This document shows positions 8,867 to 19,027 of a DNA stretch of 64,000 bases, one piece after another. The first letter of the stretch is position 1. Each line of letters begins with the position of its first letter. Source of the DNA: Fervidobacterium sp. (GTDB lineage Bacteria; Thermotogota; Thermotogae; Thermotogales; Fervidobacteriaceae); assembly GCA_049970055.1 (NCBI GenBank), contig JBMFNR010000002.1:116406-180405 (forward strand). The letters run 5' to 3'. The translations under genes and the position numbers were made by a program. A model generated the notes under the pieces. The model was not told where the DNA came from. It saw nothing but the letters and a program-made list of their open reading frames with translations, and ran no database searches.

Positions 8867-11800
8867 TTAGTTGGAAACTTCAAGTATTTTTGCTGTCAGG
8901 AATATTGTTATATTTCTTTGCTCACTTGTTTCTTTTGTACCTTTGAAAAGTATACCAATTATCGGTAAGTCACCGAGAATAGGTACTTTCCACTCAGACT
9001 TACTTTTCTCTTCCCTTGAAAGCCCACCGATAACCAGCGTTTGTCCGTCTTTTATAGTTATCTTGGTACTTGCCTCTCTTTTATTTATCTTCGGAAGCCC
9101 ATCTATAACTACAGAGTAATCAAAGTTGCTTACCGATGTTGTAAGAACTAAATCTATTGTATTATCAGCATTCACGTACGGGACAATTTTAAGTTCAATT
9201 CCACCTTCGAGATTAGTTATCTGAGTACTTGTTTGCCCACCTGAAGTTGAGATAATTTTCACAGGAACACTATCGCCTATGAATATTCTCGCTTCTTCTC
9301 CACTCTTTGTCATTATATTTGGATTTGCAAGCAATTTACTAAGGCCTACATTTGTTCTCAATGGTGTACCTGCTTCAGCACCTCTTACATCAACCGATAT
9401 ACCAGCTTCGTTAAGTATTTTATCGATAATTGATCCATCTAGTATATCTAATATACTCAGGTTCAATGATAAACCATTTGAACCAAATGTGATGTAATTG
9501 CCAGATTTAAACATGGTAACTATCTCCTGAGATAATCCAGAATTATTTGATTCATCAATTATTTTTGCTTCTATTGATACGATCTTTGCTGTTGTGAACC
9601 TTGAAATAAGTTGATTTATATCATCAACATTCTTTGGATCCAAGTCATAAGCAACGATAATACCGGCCGACGGACTAATCATCGTTTTCCCACCGTAAAA
9701 TTTTATTAGTTCTTCAACTTTGTCAGCATTCCTTGGAACATTAAACGTGTAGGTTGTTCTTACTTTCGTTGCTTCAGGCGTTGTGTCAACTAAGTAAACT
9801 TGCCCCGATCTTTTAATCGATATGCCATAATTAAGCATAATAGACGTAAATGTATCAAAATCAACACCTGAGATGGACATTGTTGCGGTTTTGTCTATGG
9901 GCTTTGCAAAAACAAGCTGGTAACCTAAATCACTAAAGACATTCGTTATAATATTCGAAAGTTGTTCATTTTCAACTTTTACACTAATTAAGCCATCTTT
10001 TACATAAACCTTCTTTGAATCAACGGAAGTTGTTGTTTTTGGTGTGATATACGTAACACTATCAACCTCCGTAAAGTCAGCCCATAGGGAAAATACCCGT
10101 TTGAATGTTTCGTAATCTATATCCTTTAAATACATCGAGTTGATCTTCTTATCTATCTTCTCAAGTCTGTAAGATTTGCCGAGCTTAAGCATCACTTGAG
10201 TAATCACATCATCAACTGAAGTATCGGTAACACTTATTGTAATATGCGAGTCGCTGACGGAAACAGGCTCTACTTTGGATTGCGCTTGTACCTGCCTTGT
10301 AGTAGACGTAGCTGAAACATTAGTTGATGTAGAAACCAATGAAACATAATATACACTGTCCTTTATCTCATACGTTACGTTGTACTGTTTCAAATTGTCC
10401 ATGAATGTTCTGAAATCTTGAACCAAAAGTCTCATTGAACACGTTGATTTTATATCATCTATAACTACAACTTGCTGAGAGAGAATTTTTGAAACTGATA
10501 AAATCAGTTCTTTGATGTCTTTATCTTTTACTTCGATTAGAAGCTTTCCATCTATAAGGTTGTATTCACTATCTGGTTTAAATGACAAAATTTCATCTTT
10601 AATCTTCCCAATACTTGACTCGGAGCCAACCAAATAAATTCTCTGGTTGACTTTAAAATACTTTACAGTTGGATCAAAAGCTGAAACTATTGTTGATATA
10701 TCTTCTTTATCAAGTTGAGTATCAATCGAAATAATTTTGTCTTCTTTCTCAGGGATAAAGTTTTTAATGAAATTTGTCACTTTATCTATAACTTCCTTTG
10801 TACCAGTTATCACATAACCATGTGGCAATTTGTACGTCTTTACACCAAAGAGTTCCCTTATTGCGTTATCAAACTCATCTGGATATAAAACAACAGCGAA
10901 CGTTCTTCCGTTACCATAGACATTCGTCAAGAATTCAGAAACTTGTTTCAACTTTTCCGAAGTTCCAAACACAATATACCCTTGGGAGATTTTGTGAGTT
11001 TCAACATTGTATACCTGCTTTACTATGTTATCAATGTCATCTGGATAATCTACAATGATGTATCCTCTATTGGGATTAGAAGCAAATTTATCTATTTCTG
11101 ACTTTATCTTTTCCACATCCTCTTGGTTGCCTCTTATATACAGCATATCCCCTATCTGTTCGAAGGTAAGCTTAAATCCCATCAACTTTGATATTCTTTC
11201 GACATCTTCTTTCTTTACATTTGAAGGGATAGCTATAGAAATGACTTTATCCGATGCTGTGAACGTGCTAAGATAATTCTTAGCTCTCTCTACATTGTTT
11301 TTCAAACCCGTGATTGTTATCTTACCAATATCTGAAAAGTACTGAACTTCTACATCGTAAACTTTTTTTATATACTCTATATGCGATGGTGTTATTTCGA
11401 AGTTTACATCATATGTCATCGTATTTATTGAAGCAGCATAATCTTTTGCTCGGGCAACATTGGAAGACGTACCCACCATGTACGAAGTTGAACCTGCTTG
11501 GTAAACTTTAACGTTAAATAATTCTTCTATCATTTTTGCAAAGTCTTGTTCCATCTGTCCTAATGGCTCAATAACATTCTCTGTCTTTTCAGCAATATTA
11601 TCCAAAAATTGTTTTGCTTCCTCTGCTAGTACTCCTTGGATTATTATGTTTTCACCAACTTGATAGATCTTAACACCGTAAATATCCTCAACAGCCTTTT
11701 TCGCTTCTTGTTTGTACTTGTCGTTTAAAACAATAACAGAACTGCCATAAGATTTCCTTATCTGTTCAATGATCTTCGTAGCGTTTTCGACTTCAGATTT

Positions 11801-13585
11801 ACTAACTGTTACAATAAAGTAACCGTCCTTGCTTTCAACCGTGTATCCAGTCAATTTAGATATCAACTCAGCTGAAGGGTCTGAAGGTAGAATCTGAACA
11901 GCGAAAGTTGTGAGTTCTTCTGTAACAGCTTTTTTTAATCTCTCTATTTCGTTGATACGACCGGAGACCAATTTCGTCCCATCTGAAAATCTTTGTAGTA
12001 CGGTAACTTTGTAATTTTTTAAAAATTTATCGTCCGCTTTTGTGACGTATGTCGATTCACCGAAAAGATCAATAAATTTTAAGAATTTTTTGTAAGTATT
12101 TTCACTTGCAAAGAGCGTTACGATTACTCTATCATTCACCGTCTTAACATTGTAATTGTTCTCGGAAAGTCCCAAATATTTAAAAGCTGAATTAACAACA
12201 TCCTCTGAAACATCATCAACGATAATTTGCCATGGATTAGCTACGTAAGGGTCTTTAGCAAGCTCCAAAGCTTTTTGTTCATAACCTGACGCAACGTACA
12301 ATTTACCTCCGATAACCTTTGGATCTGAACCCGGGTACAATTCTTTAATTACCATTTGAACTCTTTCAGGATAGTTAACTTCAACGGGAACATGCAAAAT
12401 ATCTTTTACAGAAGAACTTTCTATTATATTCTCGATCTGAGACGCTACTGCCTCACTATCAACAAGAACTGCAACTTTCTTAATATTTTGGAGTATCGTG
12501 AAATCTGTTATATTGTATATCTTCTGCAATGAAGTAATTAACGTTGTTAAGTCTTTTTCATTCATGTTGTACTGAATGTAGTACCACTTTCTTTGTTGAA
12601 TCTGAGAAGCAAGCTGTTTCAAAAAAACTTCTATCTCCCAAGGTGTAGAGGTCTTTACAGCAACTTTCTTTTGATCTTTGAATATCTCATATTTCCCTGA
12701 ATCTAAGCCATATATCTTGGCTATCTTCGGCATAAGTTCTTCTATATCTTTATCAGATATGGTGTACGGTATATAATACCAATCTTCTTTTTGTGGTAAC
12801 ATCAACGCTTCAGCGATCATTCTGTATTCATTAACCCCACCATAAACAAAAATTTTAGACTTATCTTTAGTAAACCCTGCATACGAACCCGTTTTTAATA
12901 TCTCTCTTAATTTTTCGACGTTTAATTTATCATCGTACACCTGCCAAAAAGCTGCGAAATTCTTCTTAATTTCTTCCGAACTGCCTATATAAATAGTTTG
13001 GTCAGATGAATAAGCATATGAGAGAGACGTTGTTACAAGTATACTTCTCAATACATCTTCAACAGAAGATTTGTCTGTTTTCAAATTTATCTTTTTATCT
13101 TTAGCACTATCGTAAAGTACTATCTTTAACCCAAAAAAATCGGCAATATCTTTCAACAATGTAGTACTTTCTATGTTTAAAAAGTCTGCAGTTAATCTTT
13201 TAGTCGACATGCTGTATGGGAAACGAATATAAAGCTTCGAACCCAAAACATTGTATGTGGCGTTTACAGGGGTTATCGTATAAACAAAAATATTTACTTT
13301 CCCTTCCAGAGGTACCAATTGGACACCTTCAACACTACCCGTAGAAACTGGTATATAACCTGCTGATTTAAGCAAGTCATTTACAATAAAATAGTGAACA
13401 GTTCTATTTTCATTCTTCCCATAATACCCCACTGTAGGTGATTTTGAGAAAGATAATATCAGCACAACTTCGTTCGCAGTACTTACAAAATTTATGTCAA
13501 TAAGTTCTGCATAAACAATAGGATTAATAAATAAAACTAACAATGTGAAAAATACACAGAAGAATACCTTTATTTTTCCCACCAT
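8867..13585 (-). CDS. Very large secretin (PilQ/GspD family)
   Basis: Signal peptide and many repeated N-domain-like segments. C-terminal secretin domain (LLANPNIMTKSGEEARIFIG, GQTLVIGGL, KVPILGDLPIIGILFK). Confidence 0.9.
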   Translation of the reverse strand: MVGKIKVFFCVFFTLLVLFINPIVYAELIDINFVSTANEVVLILSFSKSPTVGYYGKNENRTVHYFIVNDLLKSAGYIPVSTGSVEGVQLVPLEGKVNIFVYTITPVNATYNVLGSKLYIRFPYSMSTKRLTADFLNIESTTLLKDIADFFGLKIVLYDSAKDKKINLKTDKSSVEDVLRSILVTTSLSYAYSSDQTIYIGSSEEIKKNFAAFWQVYDDKLNVEKLREILKTGSYAGFTKDKSKIFVYGGVNEYRMIAEALMLPQKEDWYYIPYTISDKDIEELMPKIAKIYGLDSGKYEIFKDQKKVAVKTSTPWEIEVFLKQLASQIQQRKWYYIQYNMNEKDLTTLITSLQKIYNITDFTILQNIKKVAVLVDSEAVASQIENIIESSSVKDILHVPVEVNYPERVQMVIKELYPGSDPKVIGGKLYVASGYEQKALELAKDPYVANPWQIIVDDVSEDVVNSAFKYLGLSENNYNVKTVNDRVIVTLFASENTYKKFLKFIDLFGESTYVTKADDKFLKNYKVTVLQRFSDGTKLVSGRINEIERLKKAVTEELTTFAVQILPSDPSAELISKLTGYTVESKDGYFIVTVSKSEVENATKIIEQIRKSYGSSVIVLNDKYKQEAKKAVEDIYGVKIYQVGENIIIQGVLAEEAKQFLDNIAEKTENVIEPLGQMEQDFAKMIEELFNVKVYQAGSTSYMVGTSSNVARAKDYAASINTMTYDVNFEITPSHIEYIKKVYDVEVQYFSDIGKITITGLKNNVERAKNYLSTFTASDKVISIAIPSNVKKEDVERISKLMGFKLTFEQIGDMLYIRGNQEDVEKIKSEIDKFASNPNRGYIIVDYPDDIDNIVKQVYNVETHKISQGYIVFGTSEKLKQVSEFLTNVYGNGRTFAVVLYPDEFDNAIRELFGVKTYKLPHGYVITGTKEVIDKVTNFIKNFIPEKEDKIISIDTQLDKEDISTIVSAFDPTVKYFKVNQRIYLVGSESSIGKIKDEILSFKPDSEYNLIDGKLLIEVKDKDIKELILSVSKILSQQVVVIDDIKSTCSMRLLVQDFRTFMDNLKQYNVTYEIKDSVYYVSLVSTSTNVSATSTTRQVQAQSKVEPVSVSDSHITISVTDTSVDDVITQVMLKLGKSYRLEKIDKKINSMYLKDIDYETFKRVFSLWADFTEVDSVTYITPKTTTSVDSKKVYVKDGLISVKVENEQLSNIITNVFSDLGYQLVFAKPIDKTATMSISGVDFDTFTSIMLNYGISIKRSGQVYLVDTTPEATKVRTTYTFNVPRNADKVEELIKFYGGKTMISPSAGIIVAYDLDPKNVDDINQLISRFTTAKIVSIEAKIIDESNNSGLSQEIVTMFKSGNYITFGSNGLSLNLSILDILDGSIIDKILNEAGISVDVRGAEAGTPLRTNVGLSKLLANPNIMTKSGEEARIFIGDSVPVKIISTSGGQTSTQITNLEGGIELKIVPYVNADNTIDLVLTTSVSNFDYSVVIDGLPKINKREASTKITIKDGQTLVIGGLSREEKSKSEWKVPILGDLPIIGILFKGTKETSEQRNITIFLTAKILEVSN

Positions 13586-13621
13586 ACCAATCCCCCCAGT
13601 GCTAATAAGTAAAAGCTCCGG

Positions 13622-14260
13622 CTATTTCTGAGTACCTAGGTAACTCAATTTTTTGATTTTTCCATCGAAGGTATCAAGCAATATAATCTCCGTTGAACTA
13701 ATATTCAACACTTTGTACCTATTATCAAGAAGTTCAGTGTCAAAAAAAGATTTTGTTTCCGTACCGACTTTGACATAAATCTTTTTTCTTTCATTCCTCC
13801 CTTCGTACAATGCCAAATATCCGAGATATTGGAACTCTGGACTTGAAATATTTTCAATATCTTGTACGTTAATATTTGCTTTTTCGCCATATGCATTATT
13901 ACTTACTTGTTTACTATCACTTTGCCAGGAGTATTTCGTCCCTATGGGGAAATTCAACTTTAAAACAAATGGCGTAAAGATATTTGTAAAAGTAGATTCT
14001 GGCATTATATTTTGTAACTCAACGAAAGACAAAACCTGTGGATTTGTTGTATTAGTACTACTAATAGAAACGCCGGAAGAAGAACTTAAAGAAGAATCAG
14101 AAGAAAGAGTTGAACTTTGCGTTATATTACTACTTGTTTGTACTGGCTGAGGTTTCGGGGAATTCATTCGAATCAAGACAAAAATAGCAACTGCCCACAC
14201 TACTATGGCAACTATCAACAAAATTATCGTCCTTTTGTTTAAAGCCACACTATTCACCAC
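13622..14260 (-). CDS. Membrane-anchored pilus/T2SS accessory protein (PilP/GspC position)
   Basis: N-terminal TM helix, Ser-rich linker, directly upstream of the secretin. Confidence 0.55.
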   Translation of the reverse strand: MVNSVALNKRTIILLIVAIVVWAVAIFVLIRMNSPKPQPVQTSSNITQSSTLSSDSSLSSSSGVSISSTNTTNPQVLSFVELQNIMPESTFTNIFTPFVLKLNFPIGTKYSWQSDSKQVSNNAYGEKANINVQDIENISSPEFQYLGYLALYEGRNERKKIYVKVGTETKSFFDTELLDNRYKVLNISSTEIILLDTFDGKIKKLSYLGTQK

Positions 14261-14651
14261 CTATTTTTAACGTAACATTATAATAAACAGGAGAATCCTC
14301 AAATAAAATAGGATAATCCACGTTAGCTTTAATGTATAAATAGCTAAATTCTATTACCTTTTTTGAAAGTAAATCAGAGCATAATTTTTCAAGATCTTGC
14401 GCACTCATTTCCGAATTTATTTCTAAATCTTTTAGGTCAACTATTTCCTGGCGGAATTTGGAGAGTATTTCCGACTCCTGTTCAAGGTGCTTCAACTTGT
14501 TGTAGTTTTGTGTTGTTTCAGAAAGTTTCTGTTCCAAATAATTCAAATACATGTAATACGAATTATAGTAGTAGAGAGCTGATATGAGGATAGAAAGAAG
14601 CATAAATACAATAGCAATTATAACTGCCGTTTTGCGGTCTAAAATCATCAT
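14250..14651 (-). CDS. Bitopic protein, PilO-like position
   Basis: TM helix plus coiled coil; overlaps both neighbours. Confidence 0.5.
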   Translation of the reverse strand: MMILDRKTAVIIAIVFMLLSILISALYYYNSYYMYLNYLEQKLSETTQNYNKLKHLEQESEILSKFRQEIVDLKDLEINSEMSAQDLEKLCSDLLSKKVIEFSYLYIKANVDYPILFEDSPVYYNVTLKIGGE

Positions 14652-15208
14652 TTTACACCCTCCACCGTGTAGTGAAAATATTTCATATTACTAAAGAAAT
14701 TCTTTTCCTCAAGTTTTTCAACTATAACTTGAGAATACAATTTTGATAAATCATTATAAATCGTTTGTGTTGCTATCTTAGTCTCAACACCATATTCGTA
14801 AAGATCGACGAAAAATTTTACTCCATCGTACCTTATCTCTTTTACAAAAATTTTGTTTGGATTTTTCGTCGCAATACTTGAAAGATATTTGAAGAAATAA
14901 CCATCCTTAAAAACATCAAATATGTAATTTTTTACAACTTCATTTGCTTTTGTGATTTCTTCTGCTTTCTTTTTGAAAGTAAGGTTCAAGTTATCGATCT
15001 GTTCATCCAAACTATTTAGTGAAACGGATTGCAAGTTATTAAACACAACGGGATATTTTCGGAGAAGTTTCCCAGTCTTTACAATTTTCATCTGATAAGA
15101 CAAATACACAAAAGATAAAGATGGAAGAGAAACGATGAGTAAAAGAATAATAAAAGTTTTCAACTTCAGAACTCGTTTTTTACCACTTGATAGATTTAAC
15201 TTTTCCAA
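14648..15208 (-). CDS. Bitopic protein, PilN-like
   Basis: KLNL motif, TM helix, coiled coil. TTG start chosen after a GGGGAGG RBS (track start 15238). Confidence 0.55.
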   Translation of the reverse strand: MEKLNLSSGKKRVLKLKTFIILLLIVSLPSLSFVYLSYQMKIVKTGKLLRKYPVVFNNLQSVSLNSLDEQIDNLNLTFKKKAEEITKANEVVKNYIFDVFKDGYFFKYLSSIATKNPNKIFVKEIRYDGVKFFVDLYEYGVETKIATQTIYNDLSKLYSQVIVEKLEEKNFFSNMKYFHYTVEGVK

Positions 15209-16100
15209 TTTCAAGCCCTCCCCTGTATAACAGTCCAAGATCGGATAAGCTTATTCTGTTTTGCGGACTTAAAATATAAACTGGCTCAGAAAACTTACCT
15301 TCAAAACTACCTTGTGAGCTAATTACATTATTTCTAATCAAGGTAGAGTCGCAAACAATCATTATCCCAGATACTTGATTTATAGTTATCTTTTCAATCT
15401 CAGTGGTATTGATTGATATTATTAGCTCCCTTTCCAACCTTGCAAGTATATCAGATGAAAGTGATTCTATTATTCTTTGCGCTGTGTTTAATAAATCTAC
15501 GTTACCACTCGTTTCAATCTCATGTAGGGCGAAACCAGTTTCTTCCTTGATTACACTATTTATGTCATCAACTGAAAAATCAAAAATTCTTGTGTTTATA
15601 ATGAATTGATCGTGCATAACTACTATTCCAGAAAGAGTCTTCCCTAAAACAAGATACAGCCAATACCCTGGGAACTTTCTTAAAAGTAACAGTTCTGAGA
15701 AAATATTTGGGTACGCAACATCCGGTTCAAAATTAATATTCTTAGAAATTTTAAAATGCACATAATCAGATTTTTTTACAAAAAAAACTAGCGTTTTCCC
15801 GAAAAGACTAGGTATGGTTGAGACACTCAACTCATCATGAATGTCCATCAATCTTCTGATTTCAAGTTCCGCAATTTTGTTCCTTTCTCTAATGTTTTTC
15901 ATAGGTGGAAGTTCAACGTAAACTGTCTGGATTATATCCCATGGGATATTCACAATAACAATGTCTTCTGGGTCCGGAATGATAGGCTGCTGAAAAATTC
16001 CGGTTATTTTCATTCTTCCTGCAAAGTAAGAAGCTGAGACCGTTCCATATTCATTTTGATCAGTATTGTAAACAAGTACCCTATACCTAAATATGCCCAC
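15180..16100 (-). CDS. Cytoplasmic pilus assembly protein, PilM-like
   Basis: Position before the PilN-like gene; C-terminal LGLLYRG resembles the PilM end. Confidence 0.5.
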   Translation of the reverse strand: MGIFRYRVLVYNTDQNEYGTVSASYFAGRMKITGIFQQPIIPDPEDIVIVNIPWDIIQTVYVELPPMKNIRERNKIAELEIRRLMDIHDELSVSTIPSLFGKTLVFFVKKSDYVHFKISKNINFEPDVAYPNIFSELLLLRKFPGYWLYLVLGKTLSGIVVMHDQFIINTRIFDFSVDDINSVIKEETGFALHEIETSGNVDLLNTAQRIIESLSSDILARLERELIISINTTEIEKITINQVSGIMIVCDSTLIRNNVISSQGSFEGKFSEPVYILSPQNRISLSDLGLLYRGGLEIGKVKSIKW

Positions 16101-16102
16101 CG

Positions 16103-16432
16103 TTATCTCCCCTTTGAAACTTCAAACATTATAGGCTCTATCGTTATTCCATTAAAAAACGTACCACTTTTCACACAGTTAAATGGTAATATCGTTATTC
16201 CATTTAATACATTTTCCGATTCTATTGAAAACATTACTCGTTTATTTTTTACATTGCATGTTCTAGAGAAATACTCTTTTATTAAGTCGCTCTTCCACAA
16301 TCCTGAGTAAACGGCGGTTAATATTATATCGTACGATAAATCGACATTCAGTACATTTGAGAAGTTAACTATCAAAAATGAAAAAACAAAAGTTAATACC
16401 AAGATTGAGATAAGTATTTCTAAAAGTGTCAT
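16103..16432 (-). CDS. Pilin/pseudopilin-like protein
   Basis: MTLLEILISILVL: Glu5 plus a hydrophobic helix, type IV pilin N-terminal pattern. Confidence 0.65.
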   Translation of the reverse strand: MTLLEILISILVLTFVFSFLIVNFSNVLNVDLSYDIILTAVYSGLWKSDLIKEYFSRTCNVKNKRVMFSIESENVLNGITILPFNCVKSGTFFNGITIEPIMFEVSKGR

Positions 16433-16458
16433 GCTCTCACCTTGTTCTCAATTATCCC

Positions 16459-17670
16459 CTATCTACCAAATTGTCCTTGCATTTGGAAGATCGTTGAGTA
16501 CATTGTAAACGCTATGAATGCTATAAATATTCCAACAAAGGCTATCAGTGCAGGTTCTATTAAGCTGACAAGTTTTTTCGTATCCGTTAAGATCTCTTCT
16601 TCGTAAAAATCGGCAACTTTCTCCATTACTACGTCGAGTTTACCGGTCTCTTCACCGGTCCCAACCATTTCGTAAACAATTTGAGGAAATACTCCGGCTC
16701 TCTTTAAAGCACTTTTCAAATTGCTACCTGCCTTAACTTCTTCGATAACTTTTTGCATGATAGCAAGAAATCTTGGATTGTTAGAAGCTTTGGCCGCCAT
16801 ATCAAGAGCATTAACCATGGATACACCACTGCCAATCAGTACACCGAGTGTTCTTGTGAATCTTTCATTTGCCATTTTTTGACGCAATTTTCTTATTGGT
16901 GGTATTAGGTTTCCAAGAAAATCTTTCACGTATGCACCGTAAATTGTTGAGAGAAACACCTTTAGCGCGTACGCAAGTGCGCCAAGCACGGGCAGTAAGA
17001 TATACCATTGGTGTGTAAAAATGTAGTTTAACTTCATTAACATTCCGAGTACGCCACTTGTCGGCGTTGTTCCAAAAACACTGATTAATCTAGGTAATAT
17101 GAACACAGATATAACAATAACTACCACTATAGCAAATCCAAGTATAAACATTGGATAAGCCATTGAAGATTTCACTTGCTCTCGAAGTCTATTGACACTT
17201 TCATAGTAATTTGCAACTTTTTTCATCGTAACATCCAAAATACCACCTTCTTCACCGGCTCGTACCATGTTTATGAAAATCGAATCAAAAATACCTTGTC
17301 TTTCAAGGGCATCTGAAAAAGACATACCTGCCTTCATATCAGAAGCAACTTGTTTAAGAACATTTCTAAATTTTTTTGAAAACACCTCTTGTTCGGAAAG
17401 AGTCATAACAGCATCCGCAAGCCTTATACCAGCCGATATCATCGTTTCAAGTTGTCTTGCAAAAAGGACGATATCATTTAATTTTGCTTGAAATAATGCT
17501 TTCTTTTTGCCACCTGAATGTGTTCCCACTTTGTCAGCCTTTTGAACGATATCAACGACAAGTATACCCTGCTCTTTCAGTCTATCGAGTGCTTGCTTTA
17601 CGTTTTCTGCCTGAACAACACCTTTTAACTTTCTTCCAGCTCGATCCACACCTTTATATTCAAATACCAA
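16459..17670 (-). CDS. Type II secretion F / PilC platform protein
   Basis: FARQLETMISAGI, MVRAGEEGG, AYP, GEETGKLD, LIEP. Confidence 0.93.
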   Translation of the reverse strand: MVFEYKGVDRAGRKLKGVVQAENVKQALDRLKEQGILVVDIVQKADKVGTHSGGKKKALFQAKLNDIVLFARQLETMISAGIRLADAVMTLSEQEVFSKKFRNVLKQVASDMKAGMSFSDALERQGIFDSIFINMVRAGEEGGILDVTMKKVANYYESVNRLREQVKSSMAYPMFILGFAIVVVIVISVFILPRLISVFGTTPTSGVLGMLMKLNYIFTHQWYILLPVLGALAYALKVFLSTIYGAYVKDFLGNLIPPIRKLRQKMANERFTRTLGVLIGSGVSMVNALDMAAKASNNPRFLAIMQKVIEEVKAGSNLKSALKRAGVFPQIVYEMVGTGEETGKLDVVMEKVADFYEEEILTDTKKLVSLIEPALIAFVGIFIAFIAFTMYSTIFQMQGQFGR

Positions 17671-17683
17671 AAATAACCACCTC

Positions 17684-18373
17684 TTAAGCGTTACTTCTTA
17701 TTTTCTTGTCTTCCACAACCGTCCCATTCTCAAGAACCACGATCCTATCACATAAATCTTGAAAAAGCTCAGGTTCATGCGTTGTTATTAAATAACCCTT
17801 ATTTTCGTAATGAAATTTCTCAAGAATTTCTCTAATCGATAGATAACCTTTTAAATCAAGCCCTGCTGTTGGCTCGTCAAAGATCAAAAATTCTGGATTA
17901 TGGAGCAAAACAGAGGCTATTGCAATTTTTCTCTGCTCTCCACCGGAAAGTTTAAAAGGTGATGAATGGAGTATATCTTCACTAAGTCCAACTTTGGTTA
18001 TCAGTTTCTTCAAATCTTCCTGTGAATATGGCACACCAAAATTCTTTGCAGCGTATGTTATCTCCTGCTCTACTGTTTCGTTAAAAAATTGCCTCTCGGG
18101 GATTTGGAAAGCTACACCAAATCTTTTTCTATAATTATATGCATTTTCAAATGGATTATTACCATCATAAAACATTTTTCCAAATGTTGGTTTTATGAGT
18201 AGGTCAAGAAGATATATCAGTGTTGTTTTTCCAGAACCAGTATTCCCAACAAGTAAAATTCTCTCTTCACTTGAAAATGTTAAATTTATACCTTTCAGTG
18301 CAACTTTTTCAACGTCTGTACCTTTCTCAAAAATCACGGAAATATCCATTAACTCTATCTTCAACTTTATCAC
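17684..18373 (-). CDS. ECF transporter ATPase (EcfA2-like)
   Basis: GNTGSGKTT, AFQIPERQFF, SPFKLSGGEQRK, FDEPTAGLD. Confidence 0.85.
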   Translation of the reverse strand: MIKLKIELMDISVIFEKGTDVEKVALKGINLTFSSEERILLVGNTGSGKTTLIYLLDLLIKPTFGKMFYDGNNPFENAYNYRKRFGVAFQIPERQFFNETVEQEITYAAKNFGVPYSQEDLKKLITKVGLSEDILHSSPFKLSGGEQRKIAIASVLLHNPEFLIFDEPTAGLDLKGYLSIREILEKFHYENKGYLITTHEPELFQDLCDRIVVLENGTVVEDKKIRSNA

Positions 18374-18381
18374 TCACTTGT

Positions 18382-19008
18382 TCAGAATTGTTTCTTCGAA
18401 AGATAGATCCTTATTCCACCCTCTTTCCAAATATCTTCAACATTTCCAAATATCTCTTTCATATAATTCTTAATCCTTTCTCCTCCTTTATTGTGATATG
18501 CAACAAGTTGAAGTGTACCACCCTCTTCTAAATGCTCCAAAGCACCCTCGACAAGTTTCATCCACACTTCTTTTCCAGCAACGATGGGTGGGTTTGAAAT
18601 TATGTGGTTAAATTTGTAACCTTCCCAAGGTTCATACAAGTTCCCGTTTCTTATATCTGCTTCAATATTATTTTCCTTTGCGTTTATCTTAGCAAATTCA
18701 ACAGCTCTTCTGTTGATATCTGACATATAAAGTTCTATCGATGGATTTTCTTTCTTCAACACTATTCCGAGTACCCCATACCCGCACCCTATATCCAAGA
18801 CCTTACCTCCAACCTCTTTGCAATGATTGATAAGTATCTGCGACGCTTTATCTATCTTCCCGAATGAATAAACACCTGATGGTGTTTTGAACTTGTAAAG
18901 ATGACCATTTTTTAACTCAAACTCCACCTCTCTTATTTTAAGTGCCGAATGCGGTTCCTCAGTATAATAATGTTCGAAATTGTTATCCATTCCTTCTTTT
19001 TTTGTCAA
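18382..19008 (-). CDS. Class I SAM methyltransferase, RsmC/YbxB-like
   Basis: EHYY, SGVYS..IDKAS, LDIGCGYG, SNPP. TTG 19008 follows GGAGGTG. Confidence 0.88.
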   Translation of the reverse strand: MTKKEGMDNNFEHYYTEEPHSALKIREVEFELKNGHLYKFKTPSGVYSFGKIDKASQILINHCKEVGGKVLDIGCGYGVLGIVLKKENPSIELYMSDINRRAVEFAKINAKENNIEADIRNGNLYEPWEGYKFNHIISNPPIVAGKEVWMKLVEGALEHLEEGGTLQLVAYHNKGGERIKNYMKEIFGNVEDIWKEGGIRIYLSKKQF

Positions 19009-19027
19009 TTTTAACACCTCCAAAAGT

